Assembly (NCBI GenBank): GCA_028711705.1
Contig: JAQTRS010000002.1
Span: forward strand, 73,617-137,616
DNA: 64,000 bases
Direction of reading: 5' to 3'
Source of the DNA: Candidatus Moraniibacteriota bacterium
GTDB lineage: Bacteria > Patescibacteriota > Minisyncoccia > Moranbacterales > UBA1568
In this document: in pieces, positions 1-9,732 of the stretch
How positions within the stretch are numbered: the first letter of the stretch is position 1
Layout of the letters: each line of letters opens with the position of its first letter
The notes under the pieces: generated by a model
Databases searched by the model: none
What the model was told of the DNA's origin: nothing
The model's input: the letters and a program-made list of their open reading frames with translations, nothing else
Made by a program: the position numbers and the translations under genes

Positions 1-756
1 CCCGAGGTCGTGCGCGAAACGCAGCCCGTGATAGCTCGCCTCCGGTTCATTGAAGAGCGAAAATTTCGCATCGGTCCAATCGAATTTCCCTGCATCGACA
101 ACGATGCCGCCGATGGCCGAGCCATGCCCGCCGATCCACTTGGTCAATGAATGGATCACCACATCGGCACCGTGCTTGATCGGCTGCAGAAGCGTGGGCG
201 GGGTGAAGGTCGAGTCGACTATCAAGGGTAGCCCTGCCTCGTGCGCGATTTTCGCGATGGCCTCGATATCCGCCACCTCGAGCGCCGGATTGCCGATGGT
301 TTCGATGAATACCGCACGCGTTTTTTCGGTGATGGCTTTTTTGAAGGCCTCGTGATCATGCACGTTGACGAAACGCGTCGTGATGCCGAATTGCGGAAGC
401 ACGCTTTTGAACATCGTGTGCGTCCCGCCATACAGATTGCTCGCCGAAACGATTTCGTCCCCCGCCCTGCAGACGTTGATGATTGCATAGAAGATCGCGG
501 CCGTTCCCGATGCGACCGCCACCGCCGCCACCCCGCCCTCAAGCTCCGCGATGCGCTTTTCCAAAACATCCGTCGTCGGATTCATGAGGCGGGTATAGAT
601 ATTGCCCAATTCCTTGAGCGCGAACAGATCGGATGCGTGCTTGGCATTCTTGAACACATACGACGTCGTGCGATAGACCGGCACGCCACGCGAAAGGGTT
701 GTCGGTTCCGGCACTTGGCCTGCGTGAAGCGATGAAGTCTCGATACTGTTTGTCAT
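1..756 (-). CDS. metY: O-acetylhomoserine/O-acetylserine sulfhydrylase family PLP enzyme (5' part; C-terminus runs off window start)
   Basis: Minus-strand ORF from ATG (complement of cat at 754-756), open to position 1. The translation starts MTNSIETSSLHAGQVPEPTTLSRGVPVYRTTSYVF and contains HSLTKWIGGHGSAIGG, the PLP-lysine motif of the Cys/Met-metabolism PLP family. It is missing from the ORF track because it is incomplete. Confidence 0.7.
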   Translation of the reverse strand, partial: MTNSIETSSLHAGQVPEPTTLSRGVPVYRTTSYVFKNAKHASDLFALKELGNIYTRLMNPTTDVLEKRIAELEGGVAAVAVASGTAAIFYAIINVCRAGDEIVSASNLYGGTHTMFKSVLPQFGITTRFVNVHDHEAFKKAITEKTRAVFIETIGNPALEVADIEAIAKIAHEAGLPLIVDSTFTPPTLLQPIKHGADVVIHSLTKWIGGHGSAIGGIVVDAGKFDWTDAKFSLFNEPEASYHGLRFAHDLG

Positions 757-998
757 ACGATTATAGTGAGATGGATGAAAGAGATACAAAAAAGCTCAGG
801 TCCGTCCTGAGAGTTCTTTCTTCATCTGCTATAACCGTGGCAGTTCTACCAAAACCATAGCGAAAGAATCCTCGAGGATGACCCGAGCCTAGGCATTATG
901 CAGCACACTGTCTGCGTATTCACATAAGACATATTCTTTCTTTTTTCCATACTTGCATACTAACACTCCTCCCCACCCCACGCAAGGGACCTGTTTCA

Positions 999-1790
999 TT
1001 AGATGATATGCCCCCGCTGCGTATGCGTCCGGATATCGATTTCCAGCAGGGTATGATTCGGCATCGGCCTCCACATCGATTCCGGAACGTCCAACTTTTC
1101 CGAGCAGACCGCCATGACTTTCCCTTGGCTATTCATCGCCACATAGAGGGACAGATACTCGAACGAGCAACTCCCTTTGACGAGGGCATTCCTCTCATTG
1201 ACCTCACGCAATGCCCAGAGCTTTTTCCCGTCGCTCAGCAGGATATTGAGCGCCACATAATCATGATGCTGCCGTATATACGCGACCGTATCGATGATGC
1301 CGGCGCGGATATTTTTCGGATCGCCGGATATTTTCCGCAGATTACCCATAATGGAGAGGAAAAGGCGCTCCGTATCGCTCGTGCCCCGGACACAGGCCTT
1401 CATTTCTTCGGAAAGCGGAATGCTTTCGCTCCCAAACAACGTACCATTATGACACAGGCTCCAGTTATCGAGCAAAAACGGATGCGTGTTTTCCTCGGCG
1501 ACCGCTCCGATCGACTGCTTGCGAAGATGGACCATGCTAAGCTCCGGCACCTCCGCGCTTATTTTTTCCACCACCTGCCCATAGGAACTGTCCTTGGAAG
1601 CATCGGTCGCCCTCTTCGCTTTCTGAACAACCCGTCCATCCCGATAGCACACCATCCCCCATCCGTCCCGATGACCCGCCTCACTTCCCTCCATAACAAG
1701 ACCGCTCTCGGCGAGCGATCCGAATTGAATGAGCGTCGTTGCGAGGGAAAGCTTGGGCAATTGCTGTGTGAGCGCTAGTATACGGCACAT
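999..1790 (-). CDS. class II (Ntn-type) glutamine amidotransferase domain protein, YafJ/EgtC-like
   Basis: N-terminal MCRILA places a catalytic Cys at position 2 after Met removal. HRDGWG and HNGTL motifs are typical of the GATase_4/YafJ family. Confidence 0.5.
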   Translation of the reverse strand: MCRILALTQQLPKLSLATTLIQFGSLAESGLVMEGSEAGHRDGWGMVCYRDGRVVQKAKRATDASKDSSYGQVVEKISAEVPELSMVHLRKQSIGAVAEENTHPFLLDNWSLCHNGTLFGSESIPLSEEMKACVRGTSDTERLFLSIMGNLRKISGDPKNIRAGIIDTVAYIRQHHDYVALNILLSDGKKLWALREVNERNALVKGSCSFEYLSLYVAMNSQGKVMAVCSEKLDVPESMWRPMPNHTLLEIDIRTHTQRGHII

Positions 1791-2164
1791 ATGTTCGATA
1801 TTAACAATGAAAAAGCCGATCCTTGTGAGACCGGCTTCGTATTATCATCAAAAGGATAACCTTTACTTTCCTGACAACAACGACAAACCGGTCTCACACA
1901 TACAGTTGAAACAGCTACGCATCGATTGTCGGGAAAAATAGGATTTCATACCGAAAGAGTATCATGAAAAGAATCGGGTGTCAAGGGAAACGTCTTAAAT
2001 TCCATTCTGAATCGCAATCACCCAGAAAGCAAATCAGATGTCTTGTATGTATGGTTTCGGAGTATTAAGATAAAATTTTCTCTGATTTTTATCTGTTGAA
2101 TATGAAAAGAGGGAGCAAATAATATTACTCCCTCACTCAGACATCACCACTCCCATGATAACCC

Positions 2165-2731
2165 TCAATAGACAGGGATTTTTTTAAAAACGCTCCGCAT
2201 AGGATTATCGATTGAAACTTCCATATCATCCATCGCTTGACGAATATCGTGTTCAACAATTTTCTTAACATCACGCAAAGACGCCAATACCGCAACGATC
2301 AGCGGCACTTGCCGAGCCAATAATCGAAACACGTCAGATTCCATTCCGCCGATTGATACCAGTCTCGAATACGCCATGATACTCATATCTATGTAGTATC
2401 GGGAACCGACGTACTGAACGCGCCTGGAATTCGGAAATAATCCGGCTAAAAGCCAAGACCAATCGCCAAGACCCTGGAGGCGCGCATGAAGCAAATGATA
2501 TCCATCTGCCAACATCACATGAGTATAGTGCTCATAAGCGTAAAAATTGACCGTCGCCTCATACGATTTCAAATCTCGCAAAAGTACCAACTCGACATAA
2601 TTTTTCGCATAAAGCTCCAAATGCTTCCCAACCCGATCCTCACCAAGAGCGATGATTTCGGAAAATGAACTTTCTTGAACTAACATGAGATTTACTCCCT
2701 TGAAAATGAACTGCAAAAACACGCTACGCAA
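2165..2731 (-). CDS. hypothetical protein
   Basis: 188-aa ORF with a coding-like composition and no recognisable motif. Confidence 0.3.
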   Translation of the reverse strand: MRSVFLQFIFKGVNLMLVQESSFSEIIALGEDRVGKHLELYAKNYVELVLLRDLKSYEATVNFYAYEHYTHVMLADGYHLLHARLQGLGDWSWLLAGLFPNSRRVQYVGSRYYIDMSIMAYSRLVSIGGMESDVFRLLARQVPLIVAVLASLRDVKKIVEHDIRQAMDDMEVSIDNPMRSVFKKIPVY

Positions 2732-2849
2732 CCGCCTGTAGCTATGCGGTTATCATATATATATGACAACTTCGCATTGTATCACAATATTTATATTTTG
2801 TCCAGTACTCAAAAATCCACCGGGGACACCGGCGAATTTTCGGACTTTG

Positions 2850-2923
2850 CGGGAGCGACGGGACTCGAACCCGCGACCTTCTGCGTGACAGGCAGACGCT
2901 CTAACCAGCTGAGCTACACCCCC
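2850..2923 (-). tRNA. tRNA-Asp (GTC)
   Basis: The reverse complement gives GGGGGTGTAGCTCAGCTGGTTAGAGCG...TCTGC-CTGTCAC-GCAGA...GGTTCGAGTCC. The anticodon loop cTGTCAc carries GTC, and a 7-bp acceptor stem is present. CCA is not encoded. Confidence 0.8.
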
Positions 2924-3026
2924 AAATTTTCCTCTTTTCCCCTTGGCACAAACAAAAAACACTCTTATTAAGGAGTGTTTCTATTGTAGGGTAAAACTAT
3001 CTTTTCGTCAAATACCGTTTTATCGC

Positions 3027-3689
3027 TTATCTGGACGGCTCAGGCTCCCCGAAATCGAGTCCGAAACGCTTCTCTACCCAGTCCAAAATGCCCGGGATGA
3101 TATTGAAGACGATCGGGAAAGCATACAGGAAAAGCGCGGCCGGGATGGATATGAAAACCATCGCCATGCCCAAGGCGGTCATGATCGGCGTTAGGGCTAC
3201 GCGGATGGTCGACTGCCTGATCCGGCGTGCCGAAACGTGCTCCGTATCGATTTCGTCGGACACGAGGGCATAGCGGAGCATGATGTAGTTCACGACGCCC
3301 AAAAGGAAAATATGAAGGCCATAGAGAACGACCGCAAGCTTGGTATGAGCATAGCTTCCCAGCATATGCGTCGAGAACGGCACGAAGGCCATCAGGGCCA
3401 GATAGGCCATATTGATCTGGATCATGATGCGGTTGACGTTTTTCGTGAAGATATGGAAGAGCTTGTTATGCGACACCCAGAACATATCCAGCACGATAAA
3501 GCTCACCAGGTACGCAAGGAATTCCGGCGCGAGCTTGGTGAGTTCCTGCGAAAGCGATATCCCCTCTTTGAATTCAGGGAGGCGGAATTCAACCGCCAAG
3601 ATGGTCATGATAATGGCGAAGGCACCATCCAAAAGAGCTTCGAGTCGGTTCTTATTCATGGGGATATCGATAAAAATAAATGATGGCAA
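3027..3689 (-). CDS. DUF1211/TMEM175-like membrane protein (putative K+ channel family)
   Basis: RLEALLDGAFAIIMTILAVE matches the RxEaFSDGvfAIaiTLL signature of the first TM helix of TMEM175/DUF1211. Several TM segments follow. The likely start is MNKNR at 3659. Confidence 0.5.
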   Translation of the reverse strand: MPSFIFIDIPMNKNRLEALLDGAFAIIMTILAVEFRLPEFKEGISLSQELTKLAPEFLAYLVSFIVLDMFWVSHNKLFHIFTKNVNRIMIQINMAYLALMAFVPFSTHMLGSYAHTKLAVVLYGLHIFLLGVVNYIMLRYALVSDEIDTEHVSARRIRQSTIRVALTPIMTALGMAMVFISIPAALFLYAFPIVFNIIPGILDWVEKRFGLDFGEPEPSR

Positions 3690-3773
3690 GCATATGCATA
3701 GTATATCATGCTCCCTATTTCGGGATACAAAAAACTGCCGGGGGCAGTACTGAAGAAAACTATGGCATTATGA

Positions 3774-3850
3774 TGGTAGCAGGAGAGAGATTCGAACTCT
3801 CGACCTCGGGCTTATGAGTCCCGCGCTCTAACCAACTGAGCTATCCTGCC
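3774..3850 (-). tRNA. tRNA-Met (CAT), elongator-type (or tRNA-Ile2 lysidine type)
   Basis: The reverse complement is GGCAGGATAGCTCAGTTGGTTAGAGCGCGGGACTCATAAGCCCGAGGTCGAGAGTTCGAATCTCTCTCCTGCTACCA. The anticodon loop is cTCATaa, the acceptor stem is fully paired, and CCA is encoded. Confidence 0.8.
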
Positions 3851-3936
3851 AAAATGACAATAACCAATGACCAAAATCCAATCATCAAAAGAGCTTATCT
3901 TGATTATTGGAGCCTGATTATTGGTTATGTATAAAT

Positions 3937-4011
<75 letters not shown>

Positions 4012-4189
4012 ATATATCTACCGCTTCGTTTCAATCACTCATGATCAACATCTGAACGCCGATTACCCATAAGCGATACTCTGCTAAGAGTATCACACAA
4101 AAACCCTACTGTAAAGACCTGGACCATCGTAGTCTTTGCGGAAATCGGAATTTGGTTATTGGTCATTCCGAGCATGAAGCGCGGACTTG

Positions 4190-4263
4190 TGGGTGATCCA
4201 GGACTCGAACCTGGGACCTCGACATTATCAGTGTCGCGCTCTAACCACCTGAGCTAATCACCC
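4190..4263 (-). tRNA. tRNA-Ile (GAT)
   Basis: The reverse complement is GGGTGATTAGCTCAGGTGGTTAGAGCGCGACACTGATAATGTCGAGGTCCCAGGTTCGAGTCCTGGATCACCCA. The anticodon loop is cTGATaa. Confidence 0.8.
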
Positions 4264-4366
4264 GTTTCGCGATACAAAAAACATAACCCATAGGGTACAT
4301 ATCCAATTGTAGCAGGATTATGAAAAAAATCAAGAGGCGGTATCGCCTGCCGAAGCTATGTCCTCT

Positions 4367-4759
4367 TTACGCTTTATCAAGCCATTCCTGGAGTATGAGC
4401 CGGGCCGCTTCCTGATCATCGAGGCTGCGTTCCTTGCCGCTTTGCAAAAGGTTGGACTGCGCCATCTTGGTCGTGAACATCTCCTGGAAAAATTCCACCT
4501 TCACGCCGCATTCCTTGGCCACCCTCTCCCCGAAGGTCCGCGCCGCATCCCCCACCCCTTGCGCATGCGCGAAGCTTGACGGGACGCCCACCACCACCGT
4601 CTCAACATCGTTTTCCTGCACGATCTTTTTCAAGGCGTCGAAAAGCTGGCCATCGTTTCTGATGATCGAATGCGCGAACGCCATCCGCGTCTCATCATCG
4701 GCGAGCGCCACGCCCACTTTCGCCTTACCCCAGTCCAGTCCCAAGAAATATCGTGTCAT
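4367..4759 (-). CDS. ruvX: Holliday junction resolvase-like protein YqgF/RuvX
   Basis: N-terminus FLGLDWGKAKVGVALAD and a ~130-aa length are typical of the YqgF/RuvX RNase H-like family. Confidence 0.75.
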   Translation of the reverse strand: MTRYFLGLDWGKAKVGVALADDETRMAFAHSIIRNDGQLFDALKKIVQENDVETVVVGVPSSFAHAQGVGDAARTFGERVAKECGVKVEFFQEMFTTKMAQSNLLQSGKERSLDDQEAARLILQEWLDKA

Positions 4760-4873
4760 AGAGTATACAAATAGTAATCGAACCCCTGTAAAAGTGCTTG
4801 CAAATAATCTTCAAGATCGATGTGAGCACACATATGGTCATGAAAAATTTTTGCAGCACTTTTACACCCCAAG

Positions 4874-5635
4874 CTACCGCGTCACGATTTCCACCCCATC
4901 TTTGGAAAAGATGACCGTGTCTTCGAAGTGCGCGCTCAAAGAGGCATCGGAAGTAACGAATGTCCAACCGTCCTTGCCGATCTTCACATGATGCTTGCCG
5001 AGATTGATCATCGGCTCGAGCGCCACCGCCATCCCCTCGCGAAACAGCATATCGTCCATCTTGCGGCTCACATAGTTCGGGATATAGGGGTCCTCATGCA
5101 ATTCGAAGCCCACCCCGTGCCCCACCAATTCGCGCACCACGGAACATCCGTTGGATTCGGCATAGCCTTGCACGGCCGCTGCGTAGTCGGAAATGCACGC
5201 GCCGATCTTGAGCCGGCCGATACCGCGCTCCAAGCTCTCGCGAGTGACATCCAGAATCTTCTGCGCGTCCTTGCTCACCGTGCCGACCGCGAAGGTGCGC
5301 GCCATGTCGCTCACCATACCGTCGAAGCGCAATCCCATATCGATCTTCACCAGATCGCCTTCCTTGATGATGCGGTCGCGCCTGGGGATGCCATGCACCA
5401 CCTCCTCATTGAGCGAGGTGCAGATGGAGGCCGGAAAGGGCGTGCCATGCGATGCGCCATAGCCCTTGAAAATCGGGATACCGCCAAGCTGACGGATCTT
5501 TGCCTCGGCCAGTTCGTCCAATTCGCCCGTGCTAATACCGGGAGCGACGCTTTCGGACATAAGCTTCATCACCTGTGCCAAACGGCTGCCGCTTTGTCGC
5601 AGGGCTTCCAATTGTTTCTCATTCTTCAGTCGCAT
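4874..5635 (-). CDS. map: methionine aminopeptidase type I
   Basis: 253 aa with the pita-bread fold metal-ligand context (HGIP, DLVKIDMG, GHGVG, EPM). It sits directly after secY-adk in the canonical spc-operon position. Confidence 0.9.
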   Translation of the reverse strand: MRLKNEKQLEALRQSGSRLAQVMKLMSESVAPGISTGELDELAEAKIRQLGGIPIFKGYGASHGTPFPASICTSLNEEVVHGIPRRDRIIKEGDLVKIDMGLRFDGMVSDMARTFAVGTVSKDAQKILDVTRESLERGIGRLKIGACISDYAAAVQGYAESNGCSVVRELVGHGVGFELHEDPYIPNYVSRKMDDMLFREGMAVALEPMINLGKHHVKIGKDGWTFVTSDASLSAHFEDTVIFSKDGVEIVTR

Positions 5636-5649
5636 AGGCGTATGTCTTC

Positions 5650-6327
5650 TTATTTAGCTTCCTCTATCGACGCAAGGATACCCGCAACGATATCGTGATA
5701 GATCTCTTCCGCGGTTTTGGTGCCATCGACTTCGAGCAGCTTCCCTATCGCGCGGTAGTGCTCGATGACCGGCGTCGTTTCCTTTGCGAACACCGCGAGC
5801 CGCTTGCGCACGCCCTCCGGGGTATCGTCGACGCGCTGCTCCAGCTGACCGCCGCATTCGGAACACGAAAGGTCGTGCGTAAGCTGTTCGTTTGCATCGA
5901 TCACGTAGGCTTTGCTGCACAGCGAGCAAGCGAAACGCGAAGCGATACGGGCGACGGAAACCTCTGTGGGGATATTGATGAAGATGGCCTTGTCGATGGT
6001 CCGGTCGTAATCGGCCAGGACGCGCTCCACGCTCTGTATCTGACTTTCCTTGCGCGGCGCTCCATCCAAGATGATGCCCTGATCGTCGTCGATGTCCCCG
6101 ATCACATGGTGCAGTATCTTGGAAACCAACTCATCCGACACGAGTTCCTTGCGCACGTTCATAATCTCATTCACCTGCCTCCCGAGATAGGTATCTTTTT
6201 TCGCAATGGTACGCAAGGCGGACCCCATATCCACGTGTATCATACCGAGGTGCTGGACCAGCATTTTCGCTTGTGTGCTTTTGCCCGATCCCTGCGGCCC
6301 CAAGAGAATAAGATTATGTTTATTCAT
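5650..6327 (-). CDS. adk: adenylate kinase with Cys4 zinc lid
   Basis: P-loop LILLGPQGSGKSTQA and lid CSLC...CSECGG. The probable start is MNKHN at 6327, though the ORF is open to 6423. Confidence 0.9.
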   Translation of the reverse strand: MNKHNLILLGPQGSGKSTQAKMLVQHLGMIHVDMGSALRTIAKKDTYLGRQVNEIMNVRKELVSDELVSKILHHVIGDIDDDQGIILDGAPRKESQIQSVERVLADYDRTIDKAIFINIPTEVSVARIASRFACSLCSKAYVIDANEQLTHDLSCSECGGQLEQRVDDTPEGVRKRLAVFAKETTPVIEHYRAIGKLLEVDGTKTAEEIYHDIVAGILASIEEAK

Positions 6328-6429
6328 GCGTGAAATCGATTTATATAAATTATGGCCCCGGACAGCATTCAAACTCTGGTGAAACGGGTCACAGAGTTTG
6401 AATAAACGGATAAGCGGCTGCACTGTCCT

Positions 6430-7704
6430 CTAGAAACCGTCGTAATTGCGCATCGTGAGCTGGCTCTCTATGTGCTTGACCATGTCGAGTACGACGGCCA
6501 CGACGATCAGGATGCTCGTGCCTCCCAAAGCGAGCGACTGGATACCGGTCATCTGCTGTATGGCGATCGGGAGCACTGCGATGGCGCCGAGAAACAAAGC
6601 GCCCGCCAAAGTGATGCGGTTGATGATGAAATACAGGTACTGCGCCGTCGAGTTTCCCGGACGGATGCCCGGAACATAGCCGCCTTGCTTTTGCAGGTTC
6701 TCGGAAATTTTCATCGGATCGAAGACGACCGCGGTATAGAAATACGTGAAGAGGACGACCAGGATGAAGTAGAGCGCGCCATAAAACATCTGGTTCTGAA
6801 AGAGCGCGTTCACCTGACTGGCGATGCTGGACACCTTCTCATGGCTCGATTGCATCAGAAAGCTTGCGACCATGCCCGGCACCAAGATAAGCGAGACCGC
6901 GAAAATGATCGGGATCACGCCGGCCTGGTTGACACGGAGCGGCAGGTGCGTGGTCGATCCGCCGCCATAGGTTCTGTCCCCGCGCACGCGCTTGGCATAA
7001 GCGACCGGGATATTGCGCTGCGCTTCGTTGATCATGATGACACCCGCCACCGTGATCAGGGCGATGGCCAAGAAAATGATGTAGGTGAAGAGTTTGGTCG
7101 AGTCGAAATCCGCCCAGGCATGAGAGACCATGGTCGGGAGTCCGGAGGCGATTCCGGCGAAAATCAGGATTGAAATACCGTTGCCGATACCCTTCTCCGT
7201 GATAAGCTCGCCGATCCACATCAGCAGCACCGTTCCGGCCGTGGCGGTCACCACGATGGCGATGGTATCGAAGGTCGAGACCGAGGTCAGCACCTGCTGC
7301 GAGCGCAGGAGGGATATCATACCGAATGACTGGAGCATGGCGAACGGGACGGTCAGCCACCGTGTAATCATATTGAATTTCTGACGGCCGGCTTCGCCCT
7401 CCTCCTTATACATCTGCTCCAAGCGGGGCACGATGGTGGTCATGAGCTGCATGATGATCGATGCGGTGATATACGGAGCGACACCGAGGAGCACGATGGA
7501 GATATTGCTCAAGCCGCCGCCGGAAAAGATATTGAGCAGGCCGAAGAGCTGATTGCTATCGAAAAACCGCTGGAGCTGATCGAAGTCAACACCAGGCAGA
7601 GGGATAGCCGCCACCAACCGATACACCACCAACACGCCGAGAATAAAGAATATCTTATTGCGCAGCTCTTTTATTTTGAAAATCTGAACGAGTGTCGACA
7701 TCAT
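6430..7704 (-). CDS. secY: preprotein translocase subunit SecY
   Basis: 424-aa polytopic membrane protein. SecY-typical N-terminus (ELRNKIFFILGVLVVYRL..IPLPGVD) and its position after rplO. Confidence 0.9.
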   Translation of the reverse strand: MMSTLVQIFKIKELRNKIFFILGVLVVYRLVAAIPLPGVDFDQLQRFFDSNQLFGLLNIFSGGGLSNISIVLLGVAPYITASIIMQLMTTIVPRLEQMYKEEGEAGRQKFNMITRWLTVPFAMLQSFGMISLLRSQQVLTSVSTFDTIAIVVTATAGTVLLMWIGELITEKGIGNGISILIFAGIASGLPTMVSHAWADFDSTKLFTYIIFLAIALITVAGVIMINEAQRNIPVAYAKRVRGDRTYGGGSTTHLPLRVNQAGVIPIIFAVSLILVPGMVASFLMQSSHEKVSSIASQVNALFQNQMFYGALYFILVVLFTYFYTAVVFDPMKISENLQKQGGYVPGIRPGNSTAQYLYFIINRITLAGALFLGAIAVLPIAIQQMTGIQSLALGGTSILIVVAVVLDMVKHIESQLTMRNYDGF

Positions 7705-7764
7705 ATGGTCTCATTGTAACATATATTATGTGCGAAAGCGAGAGAAAAAAAGAGGCCAAAGCCC

Positions 7765-8217
7765 CTAGTTTTCTTCTGCTACCACTTCGATCGAGCCCCC
7801 GGCTTTCTCAATGGCGGCTTTCGCCGTTTCGGAAACCAGAAGTCCGGATGCAATGGTAAGTTTTTTTGTGAGCGTTCCGCTGGAAAGGATCTTGATACCG
7901 TTCTTGACCAAGGATTCCTTGATCAGGCCTTTCGCGACCAAAGTCTCGGAAGAAACGACCTCGCCGTTCGAAAACCACTTCTCCAGAGCCGTCAGATTGA
8001 ATACCGACTTCCTCGGATGGATGGACTTAAAACCGCGAACCTTCTTCAAGTGATCCACCAAGGAAGAACGCCCTCCTTCGAACAACGGATCGACATTGCC
8101 ACCGGAACGGGCCTTCTGACCCTTCATTCCGCGACCGGAATACGTTCCGCGCTTACCTCCGCGTCCGATACGCTTCGAGCTCTGCTTTTTTGGAACACTG
8201 AGTTCATGAATCTGCAT
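7765..8217 (-). CDS. rplO: 50S ribosomal protein L15
   Basis: KRIGRGGKRGTYSGRGMKGQKARSG is the L15 signature. The start is MQIHEL. Confidence 0.85.
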   Translation of the reverse strand: MQIHELSVPKKQSSKRIGRGGKRGTYSGRGMKGQKARSGGNVDPLFEGGRSSLVDHLKKVRGFKSIHPRKSVFNLTALEKWFSNGEVVSSETLVAKGLIKESLVKNGIKILSSGTLTKKLTIASGLLVSETAKAAIEKAGGSIEVVAEEN

Positions 8218-8236
8218 AAAACTGAAAAACAATAAA

Positions 8237-8731
8237 TTACTTCTTCGCTTCCGGGCGCGGTGCGCGAGGAGCCTTGAGCTCCCTTAAGGCCTCGATAGTA
8301 GCACGTGCCACATTGAGCTTGTTGGATGCGCCCAAAGACTTCGAAACGATGTCCTTGATGCCTGCCAAGTCCACAACGGAACGGACAGCTCCGCCGGCGA
8401 TAACGCCGCGTCCTTCGGCAGCCGGCTTCAGGAGCACCTTCGCGCTTCCCAATTTCTTGAAAACGTCGTGAGGGATGGTCGTTCCTGCGATCTTGATATC
8501 GATAAGATTCTTCTGAGCGTCATTGTATGCCTTCTGAATGGCATCCGAAACATCGGATCCCTTCGAAACGCCTACTCCCACCTTGCCCTTGCGATTGCCG
8601 ATAACAAGCGTCGCTCGGAAGCGGAATCTTCGACCGCCCTTTACCACGCGGGTCACGCGAGCCAGATCCAAAAGCTTCTGATCGAACTCGGGCTTTTCTC
8701 GTCTCCCAAATTTTTTACCTTGTTTTGCCAT
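8237..8731 (-). CDS. rpsE: 30S ribosomal protein S5
   Basis: VTRVVKGGRRFRFRATLVIGNRKGKVGVGVSKG is the S5 dsRBD-like signature. It ends 4 nt before rplO, so no L30 gene lies between them. Confidence 0.9.
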   Translation of the reverse strand: MAKQGKKFGRREKPEFDQKLLDLARVTRVVKGGRRFRFRATLVIGNRKGKVGVGVSKGSDVSDAIQKAYNDAQKNLIDIKIAGTTIPHDVFKKLGSAKVLLKPAAEGRGVIAGGAVRSVVDLAGIKDIVSKSLGASNKLNVARATIEALRELKAPRAPRPEAKK

Positions 8732-8782
8732 AAATCTGTCGCCAATAATGATACGTTAAATAAATCCTGTTTCGAAAATAGA

Positions 8783-9136
8783 TTAGAAGAGCAGGCCGCC
8801 GGAGCGAGCGCCTTCCGCCAAAGCTTTGACGCGTCCGTGATAGCGGTATCCCGCTCGATCGAACACGACATCTTCAATCTTCAGCGCCGCGCACTTGGAT
8901 GCGATCAACTTACCCACTTCCTCCGCGCCAGCGATCGTGTTCGCTACTTTACCGCCGATTTCCCGAAGGCTTGCGGCCGCGAGCGTATGACCGGCCTGAT
9001 CATCGATAACCTGCACCGAAATATTCTTCAAGCTACGAAACACAGCCAAGCGAGGGCAGCTTGCGGTACCGGAAATCTTGGCACGCACGCGAGCCTTTCG
9101 ATGGAGTCTCATTTTTTCACGAGTCTGCTTTTTCAT
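8783..9136 (-). CDS. rplR: 50S ribosomal protein L18
   Basis: Carries [18 protein letters not shown] and [20 protein letters not shown]. Confidence 0.9.
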   Translation of the reverse strand: MKKQTREKMRLHRKARVRAKISGTASCPRLAVFRSLKNISVQVIDDQAGHTLAAASLREIGGKVANTIAGAEEVGKLIASKCAALKIEDVVFDRAGYRYHGRVKALAEGARSGGLLF

Positions 9137-9166
9137 AATAACAAATGCTCACTTATCAATTACCTG

Positions 9167-9703
9167 TTAGGCGGAAGCCTTCTTACCTTCCTTTCGTCGA
9201 ACGATCTCACCGACATACTTGAATCCCTTTCCTTTGTACGGCTCTACCGGCTTAAGGTCGCGGATCTCGGCAGCCAACTGGCCGACTTTCTGCTTGTCGA
9301 TACCGGAAATGGTCAAGACATTGCCCTCGATCTTGGCATCCAGATCCTCCGGGACGATGACCTCGACAGGGTGGGAAAATCCCAAAGCCATGGAAATCTT
9401 CTTTCCGGCGACCGACATACGGAAACCGACGCCGTTCAATTCCAATTGTTTCTGAAATCCAACCGTGACACCCTCGACCAAATTGGAGAGAATCTTGGTC
9501 GTCGTGCCCCAGATAGCGGAAGCCTTCTTCGAACCGCCCGTCTTCTCGACCGTCACCGCCTCAGCGGCGATGTGCAGGGTGACTTCATGGTGATGGACGA
9601 ACTCCAACGATCCCTTGGGACCCTTCACCTTCACCACATTGGCTTCGAGCTTCATCTCGACTCCCTGTGGGATAACGACTGATTTTTTACCTATTCTACT
9701 CAT
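9167..9703 (-). CDS. rplF: 50S ribosomal protein L6
   Basis: Begins MSRIGKKSVVIPQGV and has two L6 repeats. Confidence 0.9.
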   Translation of the reverse strand: MSRIGKKSVVIPQGVEMKLEANVVKVKGPKGSLEFVHHHEVTLHIAAEAVTVEKTGGSKKASAIWGTTTKILSNLVEGVTVGFQKQLELNGVGFRMSVAGKKISMALGFSHPVEVIVPEDLDAKIEGNVLTISGIDKQKVGQLAAEIRDLKPVEPYKGKGFKYVGEIVRRKEGKKASA

Positions 9704-9732
9704 ACGATTTGAATTACAAAAACTCAATGAAA

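Noticed and set aside
50-735. ORFs 50..355(+), 222..569(-) and 241..735(+) from the track
   Set aside because: All overlap the real, track-missed, minus-strand metY frame (1..756), which translates to a recognisable PLP-enzyme sequence. The listed ORFs are off-frame or antisense artefacts.
1008-1778. 256-aa plus-strand ORF antisense to the class II glutamine amidotransferase gene
   Set aside because: It is completely contained within the minus-strand GATase ORF, which has a clear catalytic-motif translation (MCRILA…). The antisense frame is Arg/His-rich with no motif.
2744-2971. Two small ORFs (2744..2971 + and 2753..2962 -) over the tRNA-Asp locus
   Set aside because: They overlap a well-formed tRNA-Asp gene and are ORF-finder noise.
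8468-9682. 404-aa plus-strand ORF across rpsE-rplR-rplF
   Set aside because: It is antisense to three contiguous, well-conserved ribosomal protein genes, with a low-complexity Ser/Leu-rich translation.
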